Part shown: positions 21,009 to 31,700 of the stretch, one piece after another
How the letters are laid out: each line of letters opens with the position of its first letter
Position numbering within the stretch: the first letter of the stretch is position 1
NCBI GenBank assembly: GCA_030059675.1
Contig: JANVYQ010000008.1
Coordinates: forward strand, 1-61,950
Direction of reading: 5' to 3'
Length of the DNA stretch: 61,950 bases
Source of the DNA: Candidatus Pelearchaeum maunauluense
GTDB lineage: Archaea > Thermoproteota > Nitrososphaeria_A > Caldarchaeales > Caldarchaeaceae
The notes under the pieces: generated by a model
Told to the model about the DNA's origin: nothing
Database searches by the model: none
The model's input: the letters and a program-made list of their open reading frames with translations, nothing else
Made by a program: the position numbers and the translations under genes

Positions 21009-21428
21009 TCAAGACCTAATCTCCGAAAGATGTCTTATATTCTCTGACATTAGCTTGGCCACAACCTCCTTATCGGCTGTGTATGGTGTAGCGTTCTCCA
21101 TCTCCGCTAACGCCACATAGGCAGCGTCATACACCATGATTCCATACATGTAAGCCAATTCAATAGCTCTTGAGGCCAAACTTCCCTTAAACTCGTGTAC
21201 AATTATGGCCGGGTCCTCTAAGGCTCTAATAGCTGCACGTACATCCGCACTACCAAACCTAGGATTGTATCTGAGCGCATTAGCCACTTCATAATAGAGC
21301 AGGCTAGGTGCCTGCAGGTCTTCTCCCCTAACATACCTATCCCTTATAATCAACGCCTTATCACGTAATGGCTCTGCGGTAAACCATTTGACAGCTATGC
21401 TTGCGTCAAGTATGAGAGCCTTCTCCAT
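21009..21428 (-). CDS. vapC: VapC/PIN-domain toxin
   Basis: ILDASIAVKW, YEVANAL, YDAAYVALA, TAD. Confidence 0.93.
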   Translation of the reverse strand: MEKALILDASIAVKWFTAEPLRDKALIIRDRYVRGEDLQAPSLLYYEVANALRYNPRFGSADVRAAIRALEDPAIIVHEFKGSLASRAIELAYMYGIMVYDAAYVALAEMENATPYTADKEVVAKLMSENIRHLSEIRS

Positions 21429-21700
21429 TTAATTACCTCCTCCTCACCCAGCCAGTCCAGGGATTCTGAGATTCTTGGAAGCCTATCCATCTCCTCCACC
21501 GCTCTCCTCATTACAGCAGGGTCTCTAGATACCCTAACCCGTTTTTCCTCCTGCTCCACAACAGTCTCGACGTATCTCCTTAGAAGCTCGCTCCAGTTAA
21601 TGTGGCGGAGCCTATCCATCCGCGCCTTGAGCCTCCTGCTTACTCTAAAACTAACTATGCTGCTCACTGTATTGGAGTGTAATACTTTGATCATTAACAA
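21395..21700 (-). CDS. vapB: VapB-type ribbon-helix-helix antitoxin
   Basis: IVSFRVSRRLKARMDRLRHINWSELLR; overlaps vapC. Confidence 0.85.
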   Translation of the reverse strand: MLMIKVLHSNTVSSIVSFRVSRRLKARMDRLRHINWSELLRRYVETVVEQEEKRVRVSRDPAVMRRAVEEMDRLPRISESLDWLGEEEVIKWRRLSYLTQA

Positions 21701-21871
21701 GTATTACAATTGTCCCAGCAACCTTCTATCATGCAGTCCAAGTAGAATCGTTAGACGGTCATGAGGTTATTATATCATCAAGTTGGTTCTCTAGATGTAG
21801 CAGCTAGCCGCTGCTGAATTAACAGGTGTTGAGTTTCCTAGGAAGACCTTAAATAAGCATAATGTTATAGC

Positions 21872-23296
21872 GTGGGTTTAGGTGGGTTATTGTTGGACAG
21901 GCTTCTGACGACTTCTGAGCTCTTTAGGGAGAAGTTTAGAGAGCCTGAGTGGCTCAGCCGCTTTAGGAGGAGGAGCCTAGACCTCTTCGCCACGCTTCCA
22001 GTGGAGGTATCACAACTATATGTTCGGCATCACGAGGCGCCGCAGCTTGATGGTGAGAGTATTCTTAAGATGCTTAGGCTGGAGGATGGCCGCGAGGTGC
22101 CGCAGCGTTTTAAACCATTACAAGAATCCGAGAACGAGCCTGTAGTTATCCACGTGGGAAGCCATCCAGCGCATCTTCACCTGCCTAAGAAGCTGGAGAG
22201 GCAGGGCGTTAAGATGATTAGCATACCCGAAGCGATAACACGCTATCCTGAGCTTCTGGAGCAGCTATTCAGCAACAAGCTGGCCAGCTCGGAGAATGAC
22301 AAGTACGCGGCTCTCAATAACGGCCTCTTCTCCTCTGGCGTATTCATCAACATCCCTGAGAACGCCGAGATAGACGAGGCCTTCAGGCTTGTCTGGACTC
22401 TGGACAAACCAGAGGAGGCCGTCTTCAGCCAAGTCATAGTGCGCGCAGAACCAAGTTCGCGGGCGTCAATAATTGAAGAGTCATACGGTCCTCTTAATGA
22501 TGGTGGAAGAGCTATACTAAGTGTAGTCACAGAGCTTTATCTCGGCGAGGGCGCGCAGGTGAAGTATGCCTCTATGCAGAACCTTGGTGAGGATGTTGTA
22601 CATCTTGCCAACAGGGTTGTCTCGACTGGCAAGGATAGCTCCCTCACGTGGGTTGGCGCTCTCATAGGAGGCTCCAGCTCTAGGGTGAAGATTGACAGCA
22701 GGCTTGATGGCGATGGGTCGCGGGTGAATGACCTTGAGATAGTCTTCGGCGGCGATAGCCAGGCGTTTGACCTCACCTCAAACCTGATACACACGGGAAT
22801 CGGGACTCAGGGGAGGGTATTGGCTAAAGGCGTGGTGAAGGACGCTGCGCGGAGCATATTCAAGGGCATTATCGGGATAGAGTCAAAGGCCAAAAACACC
22901 AGCGCATACTTGGCTGAGCATGCCATGGTTCTCAGCTCAGAGGCGCGAGCCTATGCAATCCCTGGGCTTGAGATAAGCAGTAATGAGGTCAAGGCCACGC
23001 ACTCTGCTAGCGTAGCGCAGATAGGTGAGGAGCAGGTCTACTACCTCACAGCGCGCGGCATACCTGAAAGCGAAGCACGAAAGATGATTGCGATGAGCTT
23101 CTTCGAGCCAGTGGTCTCTGAAATAGATGTCTCGGAGGTTAGGTGGGGGATAAGATACCTGCTGGAGAAGAAGTGGCTACCACGCGAGGAGGCTGAGAGC
23201 CTTACGCCAGAACAGCTAGTGGAGCTATATGTGGAGCCTGAGGAAGCTGGAAAACCAATAGAAGACATATTCGGAAGGCATTATAAATATAGATAA
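21872..23296 (+). CDS. sufD: Fe-S cluster assembly protein SufD (SufBD family)
   Basis: IFKGII..A.AIPGLEI..VKATHSASVAQI..YYLTARGIPESEARKMI. Confidence 0.88.
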   Translation: MGLGGLLLDRLLTTSELFREKFREPEWLSRFRRRSLDLFATLPVEVSQLYVRHHEAPQLDGESILKMLRLEDGREVPQRFKPLQESENEPVVIHVGSHPAHLHLPKKLERQGVKMISIPEAITRYPELLEQLFSNKLASSENDKYAALNNGLFSSGVFINIPENAEIDEAFRLVWTLDKPEEAVFSQVIVRAEPSSRASIIEESYGPLNDGGRAILSVVTELYLGEGAQVKYASMQNLGEDVVHLANRVVSTGKDSSLTWVGALIGGSSSRVKIDSRLDGDGSRVNDLEIVFGGDSQAFDLTSNLIHTGIGTQGRVLAKGVVKDAARSIFKGIIGIESKAKNTSAYLAEHAMVLSSEARAYAIPGLEISSNEVKATHSASVAQIGEEQVYYLTARGIPESEARKMIAMSFFEPVVSEIDVSEVRWGIRYLLEKKWLPREEAESLTPEQLVELYVEPEEAGKPIEDIFGRHYKYR

Positions 23297-23432
23297 CTTT
23301 CCTAAAAATTTTATATTACCTAATTTTTTGGCCCAAAACGTGGCTACGCTCCTGTGGAGAGGAGATGAAGATGCTTAGGTTATTTTTTAGGCGTTTAGGA
23401 TGGATGTATGAAGCGCGTGGTGTTGCTGGGTT

Positions 23433-23987
23433 TTGGGCATACGTGAACGTCTCCGAGGCTTGTTGAGCGACGAGTATGCCGCAGCTGAGAGCGGCGAGAA
23501 CGCTGCTGTGGTTGTTGTGTTTGATGAGGGGCGAGACGGCCTGGCGGGCCTCTTTATACGGCGGCGCTCCAACGAAGGCGACCCCTGGTCTGGTCAGGTA
23601 GCATTTCCAGGAGGCAGAGCACATGAAGGCGATGCAACGCTACTTGATACAGCACGCCGCGAGCTATATGAAGAAGTTGGCCTAAAGCTGGACAAGGACG
23701 TTCATCTACTAGGAGCCATGCGGCCTGTAAATCCTGGAAACATACCAACCATGCGTGTCACTCCCTTTATAGGCATTCTAGCTGGGCGGGCAGAGCCGCG
23801 AAGGGGGGACGAGCCGCTGGATGTCTTCTGGATACCCCTCAGGGAGCTCCGCTATAGGGTGTGCAGCGTCCACTCAAAGACACGCGGCGTAATGCAGGTT
23901 AGGGCATTCGTTTATGATAACATGGTGATATGGGGGATGACTGCCAGAATACTTAGAGAGCTCCTAAATGCTCTAGAGCCGCTATAG
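23433..23987 (+). CDS. Nudix hydrolase, CoA pyrophosphatase-like
   Basis: DPWSGQVAFPGG..TARRELYEEVGL; IWGMTARIL. Confidence 0.9.
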   Translation: MGIRERLRGLLSDEYAAAESGENAAVVVVFDEGRDGLAGLFIRRRSNEGDPWSGQVAFPGGRAHEGDATLLDTARRELYEEVGLKLDKDVHLLGAMRPVNPGNIPTMRVTPFIGILAGRAEPRRGDEPLDVFWIPLRELRYRVCSVHSKTRGVMQVRAFVYDNMVIWGMTARILRELLNALEPL

Positions 23988-24027
23988 AGATAAATCCACC
24001 GCCACCGCATAATGGTTTGAAAGGCTT

Positions 24028-25374
24028 ATGGTGGAAACCATAGAACAGGTTTCGGAACAGGAAGCTAGGGCGGCATACTCTAGGGTTTTGGAACTGATGG
24101 AGAAGCATCATAGAATGTTCTCCAAGAGCATCCCACTCATAGCTAGTGAGAATATCCCAAGCCCAGCGGTGAGGGAGGCTCTCGCGAGCGATTTTGGTAA
24201 TCGCTACGCCGAGGGATGGCCTGGCGAGAGACTCTACGCAGGCTGTAAATACATAGACGAGGTGGAGCTCATGGCTATTGATTTGGGAAAGCGCGTCTTC
24301 CGCGCCGAGTTTGTAGATGTAAGGCCAATATCAGGCGTCGTAGCCAACCTAGTAGCTTATTCAACATTCGCGGAGCCTGGAGATTTGATGGTCGCCCTAG
24401 CAATACCTCACGGAGGCCATATTAGTCATGGGAAGCTGAAGTGGGGAGGCACGGCAGGCGTCGTACGCGGCTTGGATGTGGAGCGCTACGAGTTTGACGA
24501 AGATAACTTCCAGATAGATGTTGATGCAACAGCGAAGAGGTTGAAGAAGGTTGAGCGTGAAGAAAAGAAGAAGCCACGACTCTTCCTACTTGGCGCGAGC
24601 GTCTTCCTCTTCCCCCATCCAGTGAAGGAGATTCGCGAGCTTGCCAACGAGTATGGTGCGGCTGTTGTGTATGACGCCGCTCATGTGGCGGGGCTCATAG
24701 CTGGGGGAAAGTTCCAAGACCCACTACGCGAGGGCGCGGACTGCATGACACTTAGTACGCACAAGACGCTGGCAGGCCCCCAGCATGGCATGGTCGTATC
24801 ATGGGAGAAGTATGCTGAGCGGCTTAAGCAGGTAGCGTTTCCAGGGCTCTTATCAAATCACCACCTCCACGCGGTAGCTGGAGTAGCTATAGCGCTCGCA
24901 GAGGCTCTGGCATTCTACCGCGAGTATGCGGAGCAGATAGTCAGAAACTCCAAAGCCCTAGCGCAGGCTCTCCACGAAAACGGGATAGACGTGCTCTACG
25001 AGCACCGCGGCTTCACAGAGTCGCACACAGTAGTAGCGGATGTTACAAAATACATGGATGGCCGCGAGGCTGAGGAAAGGCTTGAGAAGGCAGGAATAAT
25101 ACTCAACAGAAACCTCATACCAAAAGACTACCGCCTCAAAACAGATTATAGAAGACCAAGCGGGATAAGGATGGGGACGCAGGAGGTGACCAGGCTGGGA
25201 ATGCGCGAGAGCGAGATGAAGCACATAGCAGACCTAATAGCTGACGTGATAGTAAAGGGGAAGAAACCAGAAGAGATAGCTGGCGCTGTGGAGGAGTTTA
25301 GGAAAGACTACCGACGCGTCCAATATTGCTTTGAATCCATGACAGGGGCTTATGACTATGTTAGGATTAGGTAA
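24028..25374 (+). CDS. glyA: Serine hydroxymethyltransferase
   Basis: LIASEN, RYAEGWPG, GGHISH, YDAAH, STHKTLAGPQ, SGIRMGT. Confidence 0.97.
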   Translation: MVETIEQVSEQEARAAYSRVLELMEKHHRMFSKSIPLIASENIPSPAVREALASDFGNRYAEGWPGERLYAGCKYIDEVELMAIDLGKRVFRAEFVDVRPISGVVANLVAYSTFAEPGDLMVALAIPHGGHISHGKLKWGGTAGVVRGLDVERYEFDEDNFQIDVDATAKRLKKVEREEKKKPRLFLLGASVFLFPHPVKEIRELANEYGAAVVYDAAHVAGLIAGGKFQDPLREGADCMTLSTHKTLAGPQHGMVVSWEKYAERLKQVAFPGLLSNHHLHAVAGVAIALAEALAFYREYAEQIVRNSKALAQALHENGIDVLYEHRGFTESHTVVADVTKYMDGREAEERLEKAGIILNRNLIPKDYRLKTDYRRPSGIRMGTQEVTRLGMRESEMKHIADLIADVIVKGKKPEEIAGAVEEFRKDYRRVQYCFESMTGAYDYVRIR

Positions 25375-26920
25375 CAGTCCTGGCCACAGACGGTAGTTTT
25401 CCTAGCTTTTTTCTAAGCTGCTCTGGCCAGCTATTGAAGTCGAATCCGTGTTGTGCTAGTATTGCGGCTGCCCATCGCGTTAGTCCATGGCCTACGCAGC
25501 CCGTCCATATAGGCCTGCCCTTCGCCTCCTTAATCTTGAAGGCATCTACGTAGAATGTTCTATGCACGGTTGCGGCTGTTACCTCTAGCCACTCCGCAGA
25601 ATCGCGCGGGCCTCGGTATGGTAGGTAGCACTCCACGTCTAGCGTTGGTATCTTGGCTGTTGATGATACGTCTATCATTCTCTTCTGGGCTTCTTCTGGC
25701 GAGAGGTAGAAGGGCGCTCCAGCGACTAGACGCCACTCAAGCTCCAGCACCTTATCGGCCAGCTCTATAGAAGCGTCTATAACCGCGTCCCTTATCCTGA
25801 GCGCGTCATCGGGCGATGCTAGGAAGACCATCTCCATCCTGAGAAACTCGTTGGTCCTAACTATGCCCTCAACGCCTCCAGCCTCGTTGCGCCACGTCCA
25901 GCCTCCCATCACGTCATACGCCTTTACGGGCAGGTCCTCAAGCCTAACAATCTCGCCGCTGAAATACTGGTAGAACGGCGGGCACTGAACAGCGTCAAGC
26001 ACGTATGAGGGTTCTTCCAGCAGGTTTTTGAGCAAATCAGTCCTTAGCTCGCGCTTTAGCGCGTATTCGCGTTTGAACTCGTCGAAGAGCGCTGGCTCGC
26101 GGGGTGGTGCGCATACGTAGAACAGCCCCTCTGGCAGGTGCTCCACGTATGTTGAGAGTTTTTTGAAGACGTCCATCGGCAGGAGGCGTGGGAACATCCA
26201 CTCCTCAAAGCCTAATGGCCTGCATACGTGCTCTATGATAAGCTCCGTAATCCCCCTGAGGAGCGCCGCCATAGGTGGGCCGAATATCCACTGCCCCCTG
26301 CCTGGGAACTTCTTTATCCACCCCAGCTCCTCCGCTGTTGATGCTACCTCGCGGTTGAACTTCATAACCTTCGGCGGGCTTGACTTAAGCACAGTCCCGA
26401 AGGGCGCTAGCTTCACAGCCTCCTCAACAGCTGGCCGTGTTGTTTTAACGAGCTTTACAGCGCGGTCAACCATCCTGCTCTGTAGGTCTTGCTCGGTCAA
26501 GTTCTGAAAGACTAGACGAACCCTCCCCTGCTCCTCAATCACCTCGGCCACGCCTTCAAGGAGCTTACGCGCCTCATCAACGTCCAGCTCGTCGGAGGAC
26601 GCTGTCAGCTCCATCCTGCTCACAAATATCCTGCGAACACCTATGCGGCGTTTTGGTCCTAGTCTCTCTGCTAGGAGGTTCTTAAGTCTGAGGAGCGCGT
26701 CGCCAGCTCTCACCAGCGAGCCTGACTCAATCTTGACGTTGACCCTCCTCCCCTCTATGCTAAGCTCCTTGATGACAGCGCCTTCTTCAGCCCTCTCTTG
26801 TGGCACGCCGCGCATTAGAAGTGCGGCCGCATCGCCGCGAAGCTCCTCAACATCCTCGCGGTACTTCTCAACCTCGCCACTGAACTCTAGATACCCATCA
26901 AGCCACATACGGAGCGGCAA
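25367..26920 (-). CDS. serS: Seryl-tRNA synthetase, methanogen (Zn-dependent) type
   Basis: WIKKFPGRGQW, AVQCPPFY, TWRNEAGG..EFLRMEMV, WTGCVGHGLTRW. Confidence 0.9.
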   Translation of the reverse strand: MPLRMWLDGYLEFSGEVEKYREDVEELRGDAAALLMRGVPQERAEEGAVIKELSIEGRRVNVKIESGSLVRAGDALLRLKNLLAERLGPKRRIGVRRIFVSRMELTASSDELDVDEARKLLEGVAEVIEEQGRVRLVFQNLTEQDLQSRMVDRAVKLVKTTRPAVEEAVKLAPFGTVLKSSPPKVMKFNREVASTAEELGWIKKFPGRGQWIFGPPMAALLRGITELIIEHVCRPLGFEEWMFPRLLPMDVFKKLSTYVEHLPEGLFYVCAPPREPALFDEFKREYALKRELRTDLLKNLLEEPSYVLDAVQCPPFYQYFSGEIVRLEDLPVKAYDVMGGWTWRNEAGGVEGIVRTNEFLRMEMVFLASPDDALRIRDAVIDASIELADKVLELEWRLVAGAPFYLSPEEAQKRMIDVSSTAKIPTLDVECYLPYRGPRDSAEWLEVTAATVHRTFYVDAFKIKEAKGRPIWTGCVGHGLTRWAAAILAQHGFDFNSWPEQLRKKLGKLPSVARTVT

Positions 26921-26991
26921 CCGCGCTTAAACACCCCACCTCAAGCATGACGTTCTGTAAAACTCCGCCACAACACTCAATATTAATCTGT

Positions 26992-28317
26992 TTAGCTCAT
27001 GCCCAGCTTCTCCCTAACAGCCACAGCGAGAGCGCTGGGATCGCCCAACGTCTCTTTAGCTATGCTCCGCATTATGTAGCTTGTTGCCGCGAGCGCCAAG
27101 AGGGGTTCGCCTGATAGTGCTATGAGCCCCGCCGCGACAGCGCTGACGTATGTGAAGCTCTCCTGCTCTATACTACCGCCCAGCCAGTTGAGGTATGTCT
27201 TCTCGCCGTTGGATATGGCGTCCACCTCACCCACCACATAGACGGGCGAGCCGAGTCTCTGGGCTAGCTGCTCAACCTGGCTTTTGAGCCTAGTAGCATG
27301 ATCTTTGTCAATACTCTGAAGGTGCGCACCACGCCATAGGACGTAGCAGGCCCGCGCCTCAACAGGTGAAGGCTGAGTAACTATAAGCGGCCTGCTCTTT
27401 GGCGCGAATGGAGCCACGCTGGTTATCTCCACATCACCAGCGACGAGTACAGCGTTGGAGCGGAGCAGCGTCTGCCGCGTGCGCTGGTCTATTATGAGGT
27501 CTTCAAAATGGCATGAATGTAAGCTGCATGGTAGCCTGCCGAGAAGCTCCCTAACAGCGCTCCCCCTATCTTCCTCGCCATAGACGTATGTCAATACGCC
27601 CCTAGGCCCGTTGTCTGCCTCCATCTTGCGGCGAAGCATGTTAAGCTGGCCAGGCCCCGCGAGCATCTCAGCCTCAGGCGGAATCCCAATACTTGACAGC
27701 ACTACCTTCTCGCTCATGTTATGCAGGGCTGGCTTGTAAGCATGGAACGTTACTATGACATGCGGCTCAAATATGATGTCTCCCGCCCCCGTGTCGGGGT
27801 CTAGGCCTGTTGGTACATCAACAGCTACGCGGAGAGCATTCGTCTCGTTGGATAGCTTTATGGCCCGCGCAAACACATCGCTCAGCTTACCCCTAACCCC
27901 CGTGCCGAGCATAGCATCAATAACCACATCAGCCTCTTGGAAGAGATTAGAATGCTCCTCCAGTTCCTCAGCTGATTTTACAGTGATTAGCCTTATGGAT
28001 AGCGGCATGTTTGCTACCGCTTTATAGTTCGTCCTCGCTTCCTCGGTTTTTATCTTGTCTGGTGTTGAGAGGAGTATTATGGTGATTTGTGCCCCCAGTG
28101 ATGCGAGATGGCGTGCAGCCGCCATGCCGTCGCCACCGTTGTTTCCAGAGCCGCATAAGACGAGTATCCTCTTCCCCTCAACACCGTGAGCCCGCTCCAC
28201 CACAGTTCTACACACCGCTGCACCAGCGTTCTCCATCAGCAAAGCCCGACTAACACCCAGATACTCAGAGTTCAAATCAATAACAGCCATCTCCTCAGCG
28301 GTTACAGTCTTCAACAC
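26992..28317 (-). CDS. nnrE: NAD(P)H-hydrate epimerase with divergent C-terminal (dehydratase-like) domain
   Basis: LMENAG, CGSGNNGGDG, IDAMLGTG, AVDVPTG, IGIPPEAE. Confidence 0.88.
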   Translation of the reverse strand: MLKTVTAEEMAVIDLNSEYLGVSRALLMENAGAAVCRTVVERAHGVEGKRILVLCGSGNNGGDGMAAARHLASLGAQITIILLSTPDKIKTEEARTNYKAVANMPLSIRLITVKSAEELEEHSNLFQEADVVIDAMLGTGVRGKLSDVFARAIKLSNETNALRVAVDVPTGLDPDTGAGDIIFEPHVIVTFHAYKPALHNMSEKVVLSSIGIPPEAEMLAGPGQLNMLRRKMEADNGPRGVLTYVYGEEDRGSAVRELLGRLPCSLHSCHFEDLIIDQRTRQTLLRSNAVLVAGDVEITSVAPFAPKSRPLIVTQPSPVEARACYVLWRGAHLQSIDKDHATRLKSQVEQLAQRLGSPVYVVGEVDAISNGEKTYLNWLGGSIEQESFTYVSAVAAGLIALSGEPLLALAATSYIMRSIAKETLGDPSALAVAVREKLGMS

Positions 28318-28399
28318 ACACCACCAAATCTAACCGCATACCAGACTGGAATGATTACCAACTACTGACCTGTTCGGCGCTCCTTAAATCTTCTCCCCT

Positions 28400-29074
28400 C
28401 TAGCTTTGGTGTTTGTCTCTGCTCTTTCCTCGGTTTAGTGAGAGTATGTCGCCGAGGTTTGCTATGACTCCTCGCCAGCCGCCTGTGCGCATAGTTTTTA
28501 GAGCTAGCTCCCAGTCAACACGCAGGAGTATCACGGTTATTATTATCATCACTATAACAGCCGCTATCGTGGCTGTTAGCTGGTTTTCTCCCCCCAGCAC
28601 TTGCTGCGCTCTGCTGAAGTAGAACTTCCCCAAGTATGCTACTGATATTGAGAATATTGTTTTACCTACGGTGTAAGCCAGCAAGAAGCGCCAGAATGAG
28701 AAGCGCATCATCCCTATTGGGATTAGATAAACATCATCAGGAAGCGGTGTGAGGGCAAAGATCAAGACACCTATGTCGACGTATTTTCCTATGAGCTGTC
28801 TGAGAGCATCCATTCTGCGTTTTGTCTCTGGCTTGAAGAACCTATATCCACCCCTGCCCAGGGCGTATGAGGTTACCTTGCCTAGTGAGCCGCCAACCCC
28901 AGCGGCTAGGCCGAGGAGGAGAGGGTCTAAAACCTCGCTCAGCAGGACTACGATGAAGAGATAGGGGACTGGGACGAATGGGACTATGCTTCCAAGGAGG
29001 GAGACTATGAAAACTCCCAGATACCCGTATTGTATTGCCACGCTCTCAAGAAAGGTGTATAGGTCGTTTGTCAA
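28400..29074 (-). CDS. DedA/VTT (SNARE-associated) membrane protein
   Basis: FVPVPY, GGSLGKVTSYALGR, FALTPLPDD, VGK. Confidence 0.88.
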   Translation of the reverse strand: MTNDLYTFLESVAIQYGYLGVFIVSLLGSIVPFVPVPYLFIVVLLSEVLDPLLLGLAAGVGGSLGKVTSYALGRGGYRFFKPETKRRMDALRQLIGKYVDIGVLIFALTPLPDDVYLIPIGMMRFSFWRFLLAYTVGKTIFSISVAYLGKFYFSRAQQVLGGENQLTATIAAVIVMIIITVILLRVDWELALKTMRTGGWRGVIANLGDILSLNRGKSRDKHQS

Positions 29075-29111
29075 GCGTTAATGCATCTCCTCAACTAGAC
29101 GACTGCGCCAG

Positions 29112-30479
29112 CTATTGGGCTTCTTTAGATGTTATTTCCCTGATAAGATTTTCGCCCAGCCGTTTGAGCTCTTTTAATCTCTCGGTTGTTTTGGCCTCCA
29201 CCGACATCTTAAGCTGTGGCATGGTGTTGGAAGCTCTGATGAGGAGCCATCCATCATCCGCGTATGCCTTAACTCCATCAAGCCGCGATATCCTGAAGCC
29301 CCGTTGCTGTAAGGCTTCCGCTATCCTGTCCACCGCCTTAAACTTGATGCTGTCTGGACAGTCATACGTCAGTATGGGCGTGGTCGGGTAGTGCGGTATC
29401 TCGTCCACGATCTCCGAGAGGCGTCTGCCAGCATCGTAGACGACTCGCGACATTGTTAGCGCCGCATATATGGCGTCGTCTGTTCCCTCTATATCCCCGA
29501 AGTATAGGTGGTTGCTCTTCTCTCCCCCCAGCACGGCTCCCTCCTCGCGGACTTTCTGAAGTATGAACGCCCTACCAACCTTCCACTCTATTGGCGTAAA
29601 GCCGTTTGCCTCGGCGACTTCACGCAGGGCTGTTGTGCTATTCACGTCATAGATAATCTTGCCCTTCGTAGGCCAGAATTTGACCAGGACAGCTAGAGCC
29701 ATATCACCCGTGAGGAGCCTACCCTTATCGTCTATGAATGCCGCCCTATCCGCGTCGCCATCAAACCCCACACCCAAGTCACAGCCATTCTCAACGACGA
29801 TACGCTGAAGAGGCTTGAGAGTCTCCTCATTAGGCTCTGGAACATGACCGCGGAAGAAGCCATCAGGATTATCATTAATCCCTATCACCCTCATACCAAG
29901 CTCCGCGAAGAGGCGTGGAACGATATAGACAGCCGACCCATCGCTGTAGTCTACCGCAACCTTGAGCCCGTCCATCCTCCTGAACCTAGACCTCATAAAC
30001 TCAATATAATCGTCAACCAGCTTAACCTCGCGGAGGCTGCCGCGTTTATCTGAGCGTATGAACGAGGCATTCTTGATTATTTCGCGGAGCTTCTCCATTC
30101 CAGCTCCCTGTGAGATTGTCGTGCCGTCTTTGAGAACCATCTTAAACCCGTTCCACTCTGGCGGGTTGTGGCTTGCGGTAACTGCTACTGCGGCGTCTGC
30201 GTTGTAGCGTTTCAGGCCGAAATACGCTGCTGGTGTAGTAGTTATTCCGCCGAAGATTACGTCAATACCAGACTCGCGCAGTCCGTCTATAAGAGCTCGG
30301 CACAGAGCCTCGCCGCTGCGCCTAACATCGCGGGTAACAAGTATGGAGCCTCTACCACCTATAAACGTGCCTAAAGCTCTCCCAACTCTATACGCTATGT
30401 CATCGTTCAAATCCTCTCCATATACGCCGCGTATGTCGTAAGCTCTGAAGATATGGTCGGCTATGCTCATAGCGCTCAC
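29112..30479 (-). CDS. Phosphomannomutase/phosphoglucomutase
   Basis: IFRAYDIRG, TASHNPPEWNG, FDGDADR, GGEKSNH, RASNT. Confidence 0.95.
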   Translation of the reverse strand: MSAMSIADHIFRAYDIRGVYGEDLNDDIAYRVGRALGTFIGGRGSILVTRDVRRSGEALCRALIDGLRESGIDVIFGGITTTPAAYFGLKRYNADAAVAVTASHNPPEWNGFKMVLKDGTTISQGAGMEKLREIIKNASFIRSDKRGSLREVKLVDDYIEFMRSRFRRMDGLKVAVDYSDGSAVYIVPRLFAELGMRVIGINDNPDGFFRGHVPEPNEETLKPLQRIVVENGCDLGVGFDGDADRAAFIDDKGRLLTGDMALAVLVKFWPTKGKIIYDVNSTTALREVAEANGFTPIEWKVGRAFILQKVREEGAVLGGEKSNHLYFGDIEGTDDAIYAALTMSRVVYDAGRRLSEIVDEIPHYPTTPILTYDCPDSIKFKAVDRIAEALQQRGFRISRLDGVKAYADDGWLLIRASNTMPQLKMSVEAKTTERLKELKRLGENLIREITSKEAQ

Positions 30480-30929
30480 CCTATCTAAAACTAGCTTTGT
30501 GAGAGCCTATTATTATAATGGTTATTGCCTTCTCACGGTATTACTCTATTAAGTAAAATATTGTATGGAGGCGGGTTAGAAACATCGTCTCCATCACCCC
30601 CATCGTCATAATCTCCGCCTATGCTATCAGCAGCCTCCGATGCCGCAGTCAAGCCCCACGATGTCCCAAAGAGCTCAAACATCCTATCACGCTCAGCGGG
30701 CTTAGGCTTACGCAGCATATTCCGAAGCCGTTTAACCTTACTATTCCTAGACAAATCCATCAAAACTATTTGAAGCGCGGGGCCAGCGGAGCGGAGTGCC
30801 ACAACTAGGACAAGAAGACATAACTTATCACAAAGGAAAATACATTTTTCATTTTGGTATATTTTCTTAATTACTTAATTGCGAGTATAGAAAGATATAC
30901 ACCCAAAAATATTTGGTATTTTTACAACA

Positions 30930-31628
30930 TCACCGCCATGCTTCAAACACCCTTGCATCATCCACTCCCACTATCTTTATCGCGGCATCGTGTATCCTGT
31001 ATCTCCTGTTTATACCGATTAGTAGCTGTGTTATCTGCTCAACTATCCGCGTGTTTTTGAGCGCTCCCCCATCTACCGGTCTCAGCCCGTCTATCTTATA
31101 GGCTAGCTCGGCGACGCGCTTCTTTGCCTCCCTGTCATCGCCTAGTATTATCGTATCACAGCCTACTGGCTCGCTAAGCTTCGTGAGCTTCTCCGCGCTT
31201 ACCGTATGGAACCCCGCAACGACTGGCGTTTGGCCTGGTATCTTGTCTCTCACCAGCTCTGCCGCCGAGCCGTAGCCGCGTAGGTCTGCCTTCAGCGGCA
31301 CTATACATGACACAACTATCGTGTTGCTATTTAGGTTTGGCAGTATTGATTCGATTATTGTATCAATACCCTCAAAAGGCACGGTTAGCATGGCGATATC
31401 ACAGCCGCGGACTGCCTCGCTGTTCTCCAAGCCCCTTATAGCTGCTTTTCCACTCACGAGTCGGGAAATCTCGCTGGCAGCGTTTTCCGCGCGCTCACGC
31501 GCCCTAGAGCCCACGACAACCTCAACACCAGCAAGAGCAAGCCTAGCAGCTAGCCCAAACCCAAGTCCTCCAGTACCGCCTAGCACCGCAACCCTCAAGC
31601 GAAGCACCTCAACCGCCGCAACAGCCAA
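30930..31628 (-). CDS. npdG: NADPH-dependent F420 reductase (F420:NADP oxidoreductase family)
   Basis: GGTGGLGFGLA, GSR, TVPF, GFHTVSA, DGGAL, INRRY. Confidence 0.88.
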   Translation of the reverse strand: MAVAAVEVLRLRVAVLGGTGGLGFGLAARLALAGVEVVVGSRARERAENAASEISRLVSGKAAIRGLENSEAVRGCDIAMLTVPFEGIDTIIESILPNLNSNTIVVSCIVPLKADLRGYGSAAELVRDKIPGQTPVVAGFHTVSAEKLTKLSEPVGCDTIILGDDREAKKRVAELAYKIDGLRPVDGGALKNTRIVEQITQLLIGINRRYRIHDAAIKIVGVDDARVFEAWR

Positions 31629-31700
31629 ATAGGGATATAGTTAAACACTTTGTCGGGCAAGATTAAAATTTTGGAAGAACCAAAATGCACATGAAGACCG

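Noticed and set aside
30533-31101. Short ORFs between the PMM and npdG genes
   Set aside because: No motifs, low complexity, or antisense to npdG; no RNA gene recognisable either.
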